Source: Planktothricoides raciborskii FACHB-1261 (GTDB lineage Bacteria > Cyanobacteriota > Cyanobacteriia > Cyanobacteriales > Laspinemataceae). Taken from it: a DNA stretch of 22,067 nt. The notes beneath the pieces are model-generated. The model was given only the letters and a program-made list of their open reading frames with translations, was not told the DNA's origin and did no database searches. The position numbers and the translations under genes are program-made. Below, one piece after another: positions 1 to 7,807 of the stretch. Every line of letters starts with the position of its first letter. The first letter of the stretch is position 1. Location of the stretch: NCBI RefSeq assembly GCF_014698535.1, contig NZ_JACJTF010000078.1, one strand, 5' to 3'.

Positions 1-432
1 TCAAACCAACCTGGCTTTTTCAAGGGCTCTGGCTCTCTTGGGTTTTGCAGATATCATTACCATACAGGTCTCAAGGGGACTTGAACAGTTTTTTGCCAAA
101 ATGAGAATTGCTGACGCGCTCCTTTCACCCTTGAAGGAGCCTGCAATCGGAACGTATTTGAACTCTGGTTAGAAATCTGTCTCATTCCCACCTTGAAACC
201 GGGGCAAAAATTGGTGATTGACAACGCCACGTTTCATAGGGGAAGACGTATTGAACAACTGGTGCAAGAGGCCGGATGCGAAATTTGGTATTTACCGCCC
301 TATTCCCCAGACTTAAATAAAATTGAGCGGTGTTGGTCTTGGCTTAAAAGCCGTATTCGACACCAACTTAAACAGTTTAACACCAGATTACGAGAGGCTA
401 TGGAGCAGGTTCTTCGGTTAGCCGGTGCTTAA
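1..432 (+). mobile_element. IS630/Tc1-mariner family transposase remnant (DDE C-terminal region; 5' end cut by window edge; internal frameshift near nt ~150)
   Basis: ORF 193..432 carries the IS630 signature ...VIDNATFH...YLPPYSPDLNKIERCWSWLK (second D and E of the DDE triad). The upstream continuation (FELWLEICLIPTL, nt 151-192) is in frame. Further upstream the transposase-like sequence (…GLEQFFAKMRIADALL…TYLNSG) lies in a different frame, so the reading frame is broken. Confidence 0.75.
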
Positions 433-480
433 TTTCCTAACTGGAGTGGCGACTGCTATACCCGAAGCGAACTGCTATAC

Positions 481-795
481 AAGCCACGGGTAAACCAAAG
501 ATTCGGGTTGGCATTGGGATGCACACAGGAGTTTTGATGGCTGGCAGTGTCGGCGGCAAAAAAGGTCAAATTTTTCCGTGATTGGGGATACGGTTAATGT
601 TGCCGCCAGACTAGAACCCATGAATAATTTACCAAAAATAATCCGTATCATTTACTGATGACTGCGGATACTTATAATTTAGTTTGCGATCGCTATTTGG
701 GTGAGCAAGTTGATCGCATTCAACTCCGAGGCAAAGAAGAAACTACCACGATTTATGCTATTTTAGGAGAGCGATCGCCGGAAAAACCGGGTTAA
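481..795 (+). pseudogene. class III adenylate/guanylate cyclase catalytic (CHD) domain remnant, frameshifted in at least two places
   Basis: Translation gives RVGIGMHTGVLMAGSVGGKKGQ in one frame, FSVIGDTVNVAARLEPMN in another and TADTYNLV…VDRIQLRGKEETTTIYAILGE* in a third. These are the canonical cyclase motifs (G.H.G..v.G.vG, ViGDtVNvAaRlE, C-terminal KGK.e...vY.l) split across frames. Confidence 0.6.
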
Positions 796-915
796 TTTTC
801 CGGATTAATTTTCCGGGTTAATTTTCCGGGTTAATTTTTAGGGTTAATTTTTAGGGTTAATTTTTAGGGTTAATTTTTAGGGTTAATTTTCCAGATTACC
901 AGATTAATTTTCTCT
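787..915. repeat. tandem array of ~9 copies of a 14-nt unit (GGGTTAATTTTCCG / GGGTTAATTTTTAG variants), starting inside the last codons of the cyclase remnant
   Basis: Direct reading: ccgggttaattttccggattaattttccgggttaattttccgggttaatttttagggttaatttttagggttaatttttagggttaatttttagggttaattttccagattaccagattaatttt. Confidence 0.9.
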
Positions 916-923
916 AATCCGGT

Positions 924-943
924 CTAAAAAGAATTCTTTTTAG
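924..943. repeat. perfect 20-nt AT-rich palindrome CTAAAAAGAATTCTTTTTAG followed by AATTCTAAAAA repeats, in the 3' flank of the MBL hydrolase gene
   Basis: The sequence is its own reverse complement. It lies ~25 nt downstream of the stop (967-969) of the minus-strand gene 967..1824, so it is a possible weak bidirectional terminator. Confidence 0.7.
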
Positions 944-966
944 AATTCTAAAAAAATTTCTAAATT

Positions 967-1824
967 CTAAAAAGAATATTTTAAAACTTTAATCACTGGC
1001 CCTGTTTCTGGTAACTGATTCGCTTGGAGAGCGATCGCATCCCCATTCACCTCTTCCACGGGAGTATCTTTCATCACCGAAAGAAACTGATCCAGCGCCA
1101 CCAAATCGCAGAGATTTGCATCTGCGGCAGCGGTCCGATATTGCGTCGGAATCACCACTTTCGGATTCAGCAATGCGATCGCTGCCTTCGCTTCCTCGGC
1201 ATCATAAACTTTTGACCCACCCCCCACTGGCACCAACAACACATCTGGACGACCCATCAAAATTTGTTGATTCGTAGTAATCGGGGCTGCCGCACCACCG
1301 AGATGCAAAATCTTAATATCTGCTTGCGTCCACCGCCAAACCACATTTGTCCCAAAGCGGCGACCCCCGTGGCGATCGTGGTCAGTACGGACTCCCTGGA
1401 TCTGTTTGTCGCGAAACTGATAAGCCCCCGGTTCTGACAATATCTGAGGTTGACCCAGCAACTCATCGATCGCCCCTTCATCCAACAACCGACTGCTAAT
1501 TAAAACCAAATTAGCTTCCACTCGTGGCAAGCGATACCCAGCCGTACAACCAATACTACGGAAAGGATTCACCAAAACCCTCAGATTATCCCCCGTAAAC
1601 GAAAAACAACTATGTCCCAACCATTTAATAGAAAGTTGATTTTGGGTCGTCGAAGCTTCGGGAGGTGTTGTTGGGGGGGTGGGTGAGGGGGTCGTGGATG
1701 GTGGGGGAGAAGTTTGAGATTGAACTTGGGCTTGAACAGCTTGCCATTGACCCGCGAGGCTGCTTCCCAGGGCGGCGAATAAACTGATTTGTCCGTAGCG
1801 GAGAAACTTGCGACGATTAATCAT
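967..1824 (-). CDS. Tat-signal-bearing MBL-fold (Lactamase_B_3-like) metal-dependent hydrolase with a Pro/Thr/Ser-rich linker
   Basis: The N-terminus MINRRKFLRYG…AALGSSLAG carries a twin-arginine motif and a hydrophobic core. A PPPSTTPSPTPPTTPP linker follows, then WLGHSCF…GDNLRVLVNPF, which is typical of the UlaG-like/Lactamase_B_3 family. This is a motif-level call. Confidence 0.65.
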   Translation of the reverse strand: MINRRKFLRYGQISLFAALGSSLAGQWQAVQAQVQSQTSPPPSTTPSPTPPTTPPEASTTQNQLSIKWLGHSCFSFTGDNLRVLVNPFRSIGCTAGYRLPRVEANLVLISSRLLDEGAIDELLGQPQILSEPGAYQFRDKQIQGVRTDHDRHGGRRFGTNVVWRWTQADIKILHLGGAAAPITTNQQILMGRPDVLLVPVGGGSKVYDAEEAKAAIALLNPKVVIPTQYRTAAADANLCDLVALDQFLSVMKDTPVEEVNGDAIALQANQLPETGPVIKVLKYSF

Positions 1825-1851
1825 TGAATCTTGGTTACTGGGTCTTGGTTA

Positions 1852-2457
1852 CTAAGTGTTAGATAGGGAGGAAGCTTGGTGGAGAAAATTTCTCAGGAGT
1901 TGCTTGCCAGAAATGGTCAAAATACTTTCTGGGTGGAACTGGACGCCCTGAATATGTGGATAGTTCCGATGCTGCACCCCCATAATCGTGCCATCGCTAA
2001 CCCAGGCGGTAATTTCCAAGTCTTTCGGGCAGCTTTCCCGGTCAATCACCAGACTGTGATATCGAGTGGCGACAAATGGGTTAGACAATCCGGCAAAAAC
2101 ACCGACCCCAGTATGATAAACCTCAGAGGTTTTGCCGTGCATCAGTTCTGGCGCGGAGACAATATTGCCGCCAAATACTTGACCGATCGCTTGATGACCG
2201 AGACAAACTCCTAAAATCGGTAAAGTTGGGCCGAGTTCTCGGATCAAATCTACGGAAATTCCCGCATCTTCTGGTCTTCCAGGACCTGGGGAAATCAGCA
2301 CCGCATCCGCACCAGATTGGCGAATTTCACTGAGAGTGATTTGATCGTTGCGATATACCCGGAGGTCTGCGGCTATGGAAAACTCAGGCGCAAGTTCTCC
2401 TAAATACTGAACCAGGTTATAGGTGAAGCTGTCGTAATTATCAATAACAATGATCAA
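1852..2457 (-). CDS. anthranilate synthase / aminodeoxychorismate synthase component II (class I glutamine amidotransferase, TrpG/PabA)
   Basis: N-terminus MIIVIDNYDSFTYNLVQYLGEL. Catalytic triad context GVCLGHQAIG … HSL … QGVQFHPES. Confidence 0.92.
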   Translation of the reverse strand: MIIVIDNYDSFTYNLVQYLGELAPEFSIAADLRVYRNDQITLSEIRQSGADAVLISPGPGRPEDAGISVDLIRELGPTLPILGVCLGHQAIGQVFGGNIVSAPELMHGKTSEVYHTGVGVFAGLSNPFVATRYHSLVIDRESCPKDLEITAWVSDGTIMGVQHRNYPHIQGVQFHPESILTISGKQLLRNFLHQASSLSNT

Positions 2458-2516
2458 GGCTATGACTCCTTATCAATTTGGTAGATGGTCTCCGACTAAT
2501 TAGGAGAGAGGGGCTC

Positions 2517-2825
2517 CCGGGGCTTTTGGGGCCTGGGGTGTGGGGCCTGGGGTGTGGGGTGTGGGGTGTGGGGTGTGGGGGAGAAGAAAGGGCCGCCATC
2601 GGTGTAGGGTGTGGGGGGAAGAGAGAAAAGAGAATAGAGAAAAGAGAATAGAGAATAGAGAATTTTCCTATGCATCCTCTTTACTCTTTCCTATGCATCC
2701 TATGCATCCTCTTCCCCTACACCCTACACCCTACACCCTACACCCTACACCCTCTCAAACCCCTACACCCTACACCCTCTCAAACCCCTACACCCTACAC
2801 CCTACACCCTACACCCCTGCCCCTC
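2517..2825. repeat. STRR-type heptamer arrays in the dgkA-pabA intergenic region: (GGGGTGT)n on the + strand, (AGAGAAT/AGAGAAA)n, (TATGCATCC)n and (CCCTACA)n
   Basis: Direct reading: 2543-2581 ggggtgtggggtgtggggtgtggggtgtggggg; 2625-2662 gagaatagagaaaagagaatagagaatagagaa; 2716-2818 (tacaccc)n with two ctctcaaaccc interruptions. The G-rich and C-rich blocks are roughly complementary to each other. Confidence 0.9.
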
Positions 2826-2828
2826 TCC

Positions 2829-3434
2829 TTAACCCAAGAATGATTTTACCAGCAGATACAAAGGCGGTAACAGCAAACATCCCGCCACCGTAATCGCCGC
2901 AAAAGATGAAATCAGCACTGCTGCTGCTGCACAATCTTTGGCAATTTTAGCGAGTTGGTGGTACGTTTGCTCAACGGTGAGATCGACTAATGACTCAATG
3001 GCAGTATTCAAAAGTTCCATTGCCAACACCGCCCCAATAGTCAGAGTAATAATAGAAATTTCCACCAAACTCACTTGCAAAAAAACACCCAGGGCAATTG
3101 CCGTGGAACCAATAATCACATGGATCCGAAAATTGCGTTGGGTGTTAAAGGCATACTGTACGCCTTCCCAGGCATATTTAAAACTAACAAAAAGGTTACT
3201 GGCTACTTTCCAGGAAAATTCCCGTTTCATTTTGGCTGTATCAGGCGATCGCCCCCAAGAAGTATTGAATTGTGGCTGTGAGTCTTGCCGTAGTTCTGGT
3301 CGTGAGTCGTGATGTTTTGCGGCTGCTTCAACAGATGGCGCCGGGGAAAATCGCGATGTAGGGGTGATACGCGCATCACCCCTACTGTTTCCATTGTTGC
3401 TGGCAGACGACTTATCGCGTTGATCTAGGGTCAT
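2829..3434 (-). CDS. dgkA: diacylglycerol kinase (DgkA family) with a ~68-aa Ser/Pro-rich N-terminal extension (alternative start ATG at 3230)
   Basis: Core SFKYAWEGVQYAFNTQRNFRIH…ELLNTAIESLVDLT…AKDCAAAAVLI matches the DgkA signature (…E.NFRIH…E.LNTAIE..VD). It follows ybeY on the same strand, as in many bacteria. Confidence 0.85.
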   Translation of the reverse strand: MTLDQRDKSSASNNGNSRGDARITPTSRFSPAPSVEAAAKHHDSRPELRQDSQPQFNTSWGRSPDTAKMKREFSWKVASNLFVSFKYAWEGVQYAFNTQRNFRIHVIIGSTAIALGVFLQVSLVEISIITLTIGAVLAMELLNTAIESLVDLTVEQTYHQLAKIAKDCAAAAVLISSFAAITVAGCLLLPPLYLLVKSFLG

Positions 3435-3485
3435 GGCTTTAAAAGCATCTCTATAGGCTATTGGGTCTATCTTAATTAACCCAGT

Positions 3486-4070
3486 CTATATGCTGCTATC
3501 AGTAATATAAGTGTCCTGGGGACCGAAAACTGTCAAACCAACCGCCTGAAGCAAAATTTCTTGTTGCTCCAGCATCTCGGTTAAACTTTCTTCATCCGGG
3601 TGATCCCAGCCCAACAGGTGCAACAAGCCATGAGCTGCTAACCAAGCCAATTCGGTGGTTAAAGAATGCCCTTGTTTTTCCGCTTGTCGCTGGGCAGTTT
3701 CCACGGAAATCACAATATCACCCAGATAAAGAGGAATCTCCGATATTAACTCATCCGGCTGAGGGCAATTTACCTCTAAAGCCGCAAACGATAACACATC
3801 AGTGGGTTTATCTTGCTGACGGTACTGGCAATTTAGATGTTGAATTTCCTCATCGTCACTCAGACGTAACGTTAACTCATATCCCGATGCTTGGGGCAAG
3901 TCCGCTTCAAGGCGATCGCACCAAATTTCTAACCAATTTTGCCAAGTTTCCAGATCGATAGTTTTGTCAGGAATTCTTGAAATTTCGGTTTCCCAGAAAT
4001 TGTCCTGCACATTAATTTCTAAATTCATCGAGGGTTTTGTTACTCCTGCATCCGTTACCAGTACCGTCAT
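3486..4070 (-). CDS. ybeY: rRNA maturation endoribonuclease YbeY (start possibly at the internal MNLEI, nt 4028)
   Basis: Zinc-binding motif [11 protein letters not shown] near the C-terminus. The TDVLSFA motif is present. Gene order is ybeY-dgkA. Confidence 0.88.
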   Translation of the reverse strand: MTVLVTDAGVTKPSMNLEINVQDNFWETEISRIPDKTIDLETWQNWLEIWCDRLEADLPQASGYELTLRLSDDEEIQHLNCQYRQQDKPTDVLSFAALEVNCPQPDELISEIPLYLGDIVISVETAQRQAEKQGHSLTTELAWLAAHGLLHLLGWDHPDEESLTEMLEQQEILLQAVGLTVFGPQDTYITDSSI

Positions 4071-4084
4071 GTCACCGACCTAAA

Positions 4085-4304
4085 TCATCGACCTAAATAG
4101 GCAACCCCAACCAGAAATGCTAACAGACCAATGGTTGTTAGCGCAAAATGCTTTAAAGAGGTTCTGCCTTTTCGCACCATATTTCGCATCGCGAGTTTGA
4201 CATAACTCGGTGGCGGTTCTTGGGTTGCGGGGTTTGCCTCTGTCCCAGGGGCAACGGTTTGATTTTCTACGGTGATTTCTTCAGAAGAAGATGGTTGACT
4301 CATT
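4085..4304 (-). CDS. small (~73 aa) conserved-looking membrane protein: acidic/Pro-rich N-terminus and a single C-terminal TM helix (MSQPSSSEE…KHFALTTIGLLAFLVGVAYLGR)
   Basis: The track ORF 4085..4471 runs back into the heptamer repeat. The first ATG outside the repeat is at 4304. The gene lies between prfB and ybeY on the same strand. The C-terminal hydrophobic stretch is flanked by basic residues. Confidence 0.45.
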
Positions 4305-4324
4305 GATTGATCTCGATCGGGATA

Positions 4325-4523
4325 AAGGATAATTTGGTTGTTTGTTGATTGTTGTTTGTTGATTGTTGTTTGTTGTTGGTTGATTGTTGTTTGTTGATTG
4401 TTGGTGGGTAGGGATTCTATTGTTGGTGGTTGACAAACAACAAACAACAAACAACAAAGAACAAACAACAATCAACCAAAGAATCCCTACCCAACAAACA
4501 ACAAATAACAAACAACAATCAAC
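4325..4523. repeat. ~200-nt imperfect inverted repeat built from heptamer arrays: (TTGTTTG/TTGATTG)n left arm, (CAAACAA/CAATCAA)n right arm, with an inner GGGTAGGGATTC / GAATCCCTACCC inverted pair
   Basis: Left arm 4326-4417 is G/T-only. Right arm 4437-4523 is its C/A complement. The inner 12-nt perfect inverted repeat is at 4406-4417 / 4481-4492. The structure fills the prfB-to-small-ORF intergenic region and abuts the prfB stop. Confidence 0.88.
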
Positions 4524-5639
4524 TAATTATTTACAGCGATTTGATTTTCCTGACGGAGATAGGCTTCAATAAAATCATCGATTTCCCCATTCATCACATC
4601 AGTAATCGCGGTGGTTTCTACGCTAGTGCGTAAGTCTTTTACCAGTTGATAGGGATGAAAGACATAGTTACGAATTTGGTTGCCCCAAGCTGCTTCTACC
4701 ATATCGCCGCGAATTTCGGCAATTTCCGCTGCTCGTTGTTCTTGGGCAATCACCAATAATTTAGCTTTCAAGAGGGTGAGGGCTTTTTCTTTGTTTTGCA
4801 ACTGCGATCGCTCCTGGGAACAACGCACCGCCAAACCTGTGGGTAAATGAACTACCCGCACGGCGGTTTCTACCTTGTTCACATTTTGCCCGCCTTTGCC
4901 CCCAGACCGCGAGGTAGTAATCTCCAAATCCTTATCGGGAATGTCCAATTGCACCGAGTGATCCAGAATGGGCATCACTTCCACCCCGGCAAAGCTAGTC
5001 TGTCTTTTGCCGTTGGCATTAAATGGCGAAATTCTCACCAATCGATGAGTGCCTTTTTCTGCTTTGAGATAGCCATAAGCATAGCGCCCTTCTATTTCCA
5101 AAGTAGCGGATTTCAGTCCCGCTTCATCTCCTTCGGAAATTTCCATCAAATGCACTTTATAGCCTTGGTTTTCACCCCAACGGGTGTACATTCGCAGCAA
5201 CATTTCTGCCCAATCCTGAGCATCGGTGCCCCCAGCGCCTGCATTAATCGTCAAAACAGCCCCACTTTCGTCATAAAGACCAGAGAGTAACTGTTCCAAC
5301 TCCCAGCGATCGAGTTCGTGATTTAGCTGAGTAATATTGGTGTGGGCTTCACTCGCTAACGATTCATCATTTTCTAGTTCCAGAAGTTCAAAAATCGCTT
5401 TTGTATCTTCTAAGCGATTTTTCCAGCGGTAATACTGCTCTAGATGTGACTTGAGGTCATTGAGTTCTTGCATCAACTGTTGAGCATTGGCTTGGTCATC
5501 CCAGAAGTCGGATTGGGCTGCCAGTTGCTCTAAGTCGTGAATTTTTGCGTTTAAGGCGGGAATGTCAAAGATAGTCCTGGGTTTTCCCCAGGCGATTCGA
5601 CAGGGTTTCGACTTCGCGTTTAATGTCTACCAATTCCAT
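4523..5639 (-). CDS. prfB: peptide chain release factor 2 (PrfB), requiring a programmed +1 ribosomal frameshift. Frame-0 segment is 5639..5568 ([24 protein letters not shown]). It continues in the +1 frame from 5566 to the stop at 4523-4525.
   Basis: SPF motif ([15 protein letters not shown]) and GGQ motif ([13 protein letters not shown]) are present. The minus-strand sequence at 5570-5564 reads CTT TGA C, which is the canonical RF2 autoregulatory frameshift site. The upstream frame encodes the expected ~24-aa N-terminal peptide. The track only shows 4523..5476. Confidence 0.93.
5564..5570 (-). promoter_or_regulatory. RF2 autoregulatory +1 frameshift site CUU UGA C
   Basis: Reverse complement of plus 5564-5570 (gtcaaag) is CTTTGAC. 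An in-frame TGA follows Leu, and the downstream +1 frame encodes the conserved RF2 body. Confidence 0.88.
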
Positions 5640-5854
5640 AAGCTTCAAGAAATCTAATGAACCTCTTTTGTCTTTATTATAAGGAATTTACCATGAGCGA
5701 TCGCACCTAATTGATTCAATGACAAGAAAAAATTCTCTCCAACGCGATCTTATTTTTGCCCGCTAGTGAGCGGGACGCCGGGGAGCCAGGGCGCCGGGGA
5801 GCAGAGGCGAAAGAATTTGGCTAATGCGATCGCTCCCGGTGGTGAAGCTTTGTC

Positions 5855-5884
5855 AATAAAAAGGACAAGGCCAAAACCTTGTCC
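5855..5884 (-). terminator. rho-independent terminator on the minus strand (GGACAAGG-TTTTGG-CCTTGTCC followed by TTTTTATT)
   Basis: Plus strand reads aataaaaaGGACAAGGccaaaaCCTTGTCC. On the minus strand this is an 8-bp GC-rich stem, a 6-nt loop and a T-tract, downstream of the small ORF 5928..6143. Confidence 0.6.
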
Positions 5885-5927
5885 CGCGATCGCTAATGGG
5901 CGATTAATTACGGATTAATTGCGCGAA

Positions 5928-6143
5928 TTAATTCCGACGATTCAACGCAATCAACAACCGCAGAATAAACACAAACAGGTTGATATAGGTCAAATACATC
6001 GACAACGCCGCACTGAGATACTGGCTATTCCGGTAAGTGCGAGGGAGAACATAAAAATCCACCACGGCACAACCACAAAACAGCAACACCCCAGTCCCAG
6101 AAATACCAATTTCTAGCCAGGTGGGGGTATTGTAAAGTTTCAA
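5928..6143 (-). CDS. hypothetical small two-TM membrane protein (71 aa); N-terminus lies within or at the presumed left end of the adjacent IS
   Basis: Two hydrophobic segments (GISGTGVLLFCGCAVVDFYVL; YLTYINLFVFILRLLIAL). It is followed by an intrinsic terminator on the same strand. No family was recognised. Confidence 0.35.
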   Translation of the reverse strand: MKLYNTPTWLEIGISGTGVLLFCGCAVVDFYVLPRTYRNSQYLSAALSMYLTYINLFVFILRLLIALNRRN

Positions 6144-6192
6144 TAAAAATCTAGCCAGATCTAGTCATGTATGGTTATATATAGACATAAGA

Positions 6193-7458
6193 TTGGGCAT
6201 CTCTCACTTAAATCACTGGCGATGTCACCTTAATCATAAACCAGTCATGCAACTTGTAGAAAAACATATAATTAGCAAAAATCACTATTTGTTCAAAGAG
6301 GCAGACTATTTGTGCTTTCTGTCTAAAAATTTGTTCAACTATGCTAATTATATGATTCGTCAACAATTCTTTGCCACTGGAGAATACCTGAACTACTACT
6401 CCATCCAAAAAAGATGCCAAGGGACTCCAGATTATATCGCCTTACCTGCCAAGGTGGCGCAGCAAGTGTTATTACGATTGCATGAAAGTTGGCAATCTTT
6501 TTTAAGCGCTAACCAAGAATACAAAAAATATCCAGAAAAGTTTCAATCTCGGCCTCAAATTCCCAAGTATAAACATAAAACCCTGGGGCGAAACGTCGTC
6601 ACTTATACGGCTCAAGCTGTCAGTCAAACGGCATTAAAGAGAGGCTTGATTCATCTGTCTAAAACTCAAATAGTCTTGACAACTCAGGTCAAAGATGTTT
6701 GTCAAGTAAGAATCGTCCCCGGCTTGGCACATTATAAAATAGAAGTCGTTTACTCAGCCCCGGAAAACCCTGTAAAGACTAAATCAGGGGGCATTGCGGG
6801 GCTTGATATCGGCTTAAATAATCTGGCCACAGTTACGGCAAATAAACAAGATTTTCAACCATTAATCATCAATGGAAAACCCCTAAAATCAATCAATGCT
6901 TATTTTCATAAGAAGCGGGCGGCTCTACAATCATTATTAGCCCCCAAACAGAAAACATCTCATCAAATAAGTCGGCTTACCCATAAAAGAAACTGTAAAA
7001 TAGATAATTATCTACATAATGCGAGTCGTTGGCTAATCGATCATCTTGTCGCTAACTCAATCGAGACCTTGGTGATTGGTAAAAATGACCATTGGAAAAC
7101 TGGCATCAACTTGGGCAAAAGAACCAATCAAAATATGGTGTCAATTCCTCATGCCCGATTTATTCAGATGTTGACTTATAAAGCTCAATTAGTCGGCATT
7201 AAGGTCGTATTGATTACGGAAGAATACACCTCGAAGTGTTCGTTTCTTGACCAAGAACCTTTGTGCAAACTAGAAGTGTATCAAGGCAGAAGAATCCATC
7301 GAGGACTGTTTCGGTCAGGAAATGGGACTTTAATTAATGCTGACGTGAATGGTTCGTTAAATATCATCCGAAAAGCATTCCCCAACGCTTTTTCTGAGGG
7401 GATACAGGGGGTAGTAGTACCTCCCGTAAGGGTGACACCTTACAAAATGGTTGGATAG
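6193..7458 (+). CDS. tnpB: TnpB (OrfB) RuvC-like RNA-guided nuclease of the IS200/IS605 family
   Basis: RuvC-I AGLDIGLNNLATV, RuvC-II ITEEYTSKCS, zinc finger C…C(KLEVY), RuvC-III NADVNGSLNIIRKA. It starts with the typical MQLVEKHIIS… and is ~420 aa. Confidence 0.92.
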   Translation: MGISHLNHWRCHLNHKPVMQLVEKHIISKNHYLFKEADYLCFLSKNLFNYANYMIRQQFFATGEYLNYYSIQKRCQGTPDYIALPAKVAQQVLLRLHESWQSFLSANQEYKKYPEKFQSRPQIPKYKHKTLGRNVVTYTAQAVSQTALKRGLIHLSKTQIVLTTQVKDVCQVRIVPGLAHYKIEVVYSAPENPVKTKSGGIAGLDIGLNNLATVTANKQDFQPLIINGKPLKSINAYFHKKRAALQSLLAPKQKTSHQISRLTHKRNCKIDNYLHNASRWLIDHLVANSIETLVIGKNDHWKTGINLGKRTNQNMVSIPHARFIQMLTYKAQLVGIKVVLITEEYTSKCSFLDQEPLCKLEVYQGRRIHRGLFRSGNGTLINADVNGSLNIIRKAFPNAFSEGIQGVVVPPVRVTPYKMVG

Positions 7459-7605
7459 GGCAAGTGTCATATTTGTCTATAAAATCTGTAACTATTGCTC
7501 ATATCCGTTTTTGATGGTTAATTGACATCTATGTATATTTTATATATTAGACAATTCTGACAAATTCTTATGCATCCCCCCTTGGCTAGGGGGGTTGGGG
7601 GGATC
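7400..7605 (+). ncRNA. putative omega RNA (TnpB guide RNA scaffold) overlapping the tnpB 3' end and the IS right end; inferred, not demonstrated
   Basis: By analogy with characterised IS200/IS605 TnpB systems, the omega RNA derives from the 3' end of tnpB through the right end. The region contains strong stem-loops, for example cccccc/gggggg at 7575-7593. Confidence 0.3.
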
Positions 7606-7807
7606 GATCCGGTTTTGGGAAAGCAAGAAGTCTATTTTTTATTCCCTGAACCAGAAATATCCGCAAGGGCGAACCATGACCGTAAGCAATTTCTGTTTTT
7701 AACCATATTATTATTATCCCTGTTTTGGAGATGATTGTTGATGGCTTGAAAAAAACTGAGTAAAAAAATTTAAGCAAAAGATACCGGAGATGGAGGAATA
7801 AGCGGTT

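Larger units (their letters stand above)
6125..7605 (+). mobile_element. IS200/IS605-family (IS1341-like, tnpB-only) insertion sequence; boundaries approximate
   Basis: A single large TnpB ORF is flanked by a short AT-rich left end and a ~150-nt right end. The right end finishes in the hairpin CCCCCC-ttggcta-GGGGGG (7575-7593) followed by ttggggggatcg. No tnpA is present. Confidence 0.75.

Noticed and set aside
1024-2214. Antisense ORFs 1024..1215(+), 1257..1481(-) and 1876..2214(+)
   Set aside because: They lie embedded in, or antisense to, the well-supported MBL-hydrolase and PabA/TrpG genes. They have no motifs.
2540-2893. 117-aa + strand ORF (MGPGVWGVGCGVWG…HPTPYTLHPTP…)
   Set aside because: It is a translation of the STRR heptamer arrays, giving a low-complexity periodic peptide in intergenic DNA. 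It is not a gene.
4281-4633. ORFs 4281..4511(-), 4384..4572(+) and 4430..4633(+) encoding Q/T/N-rich peptides
   Set aside because: They are artefacts of the (TTGTTTG)n/(CAAACAA)n inverted repeat, which is open in several frames. They overlap each other and the prfB 3' end.
4847-5290. 147-aa + strand ORF inside prfB
   Set aside because: It is antisense to RF2, which carries unmistakable SPF and GGQ motifs.
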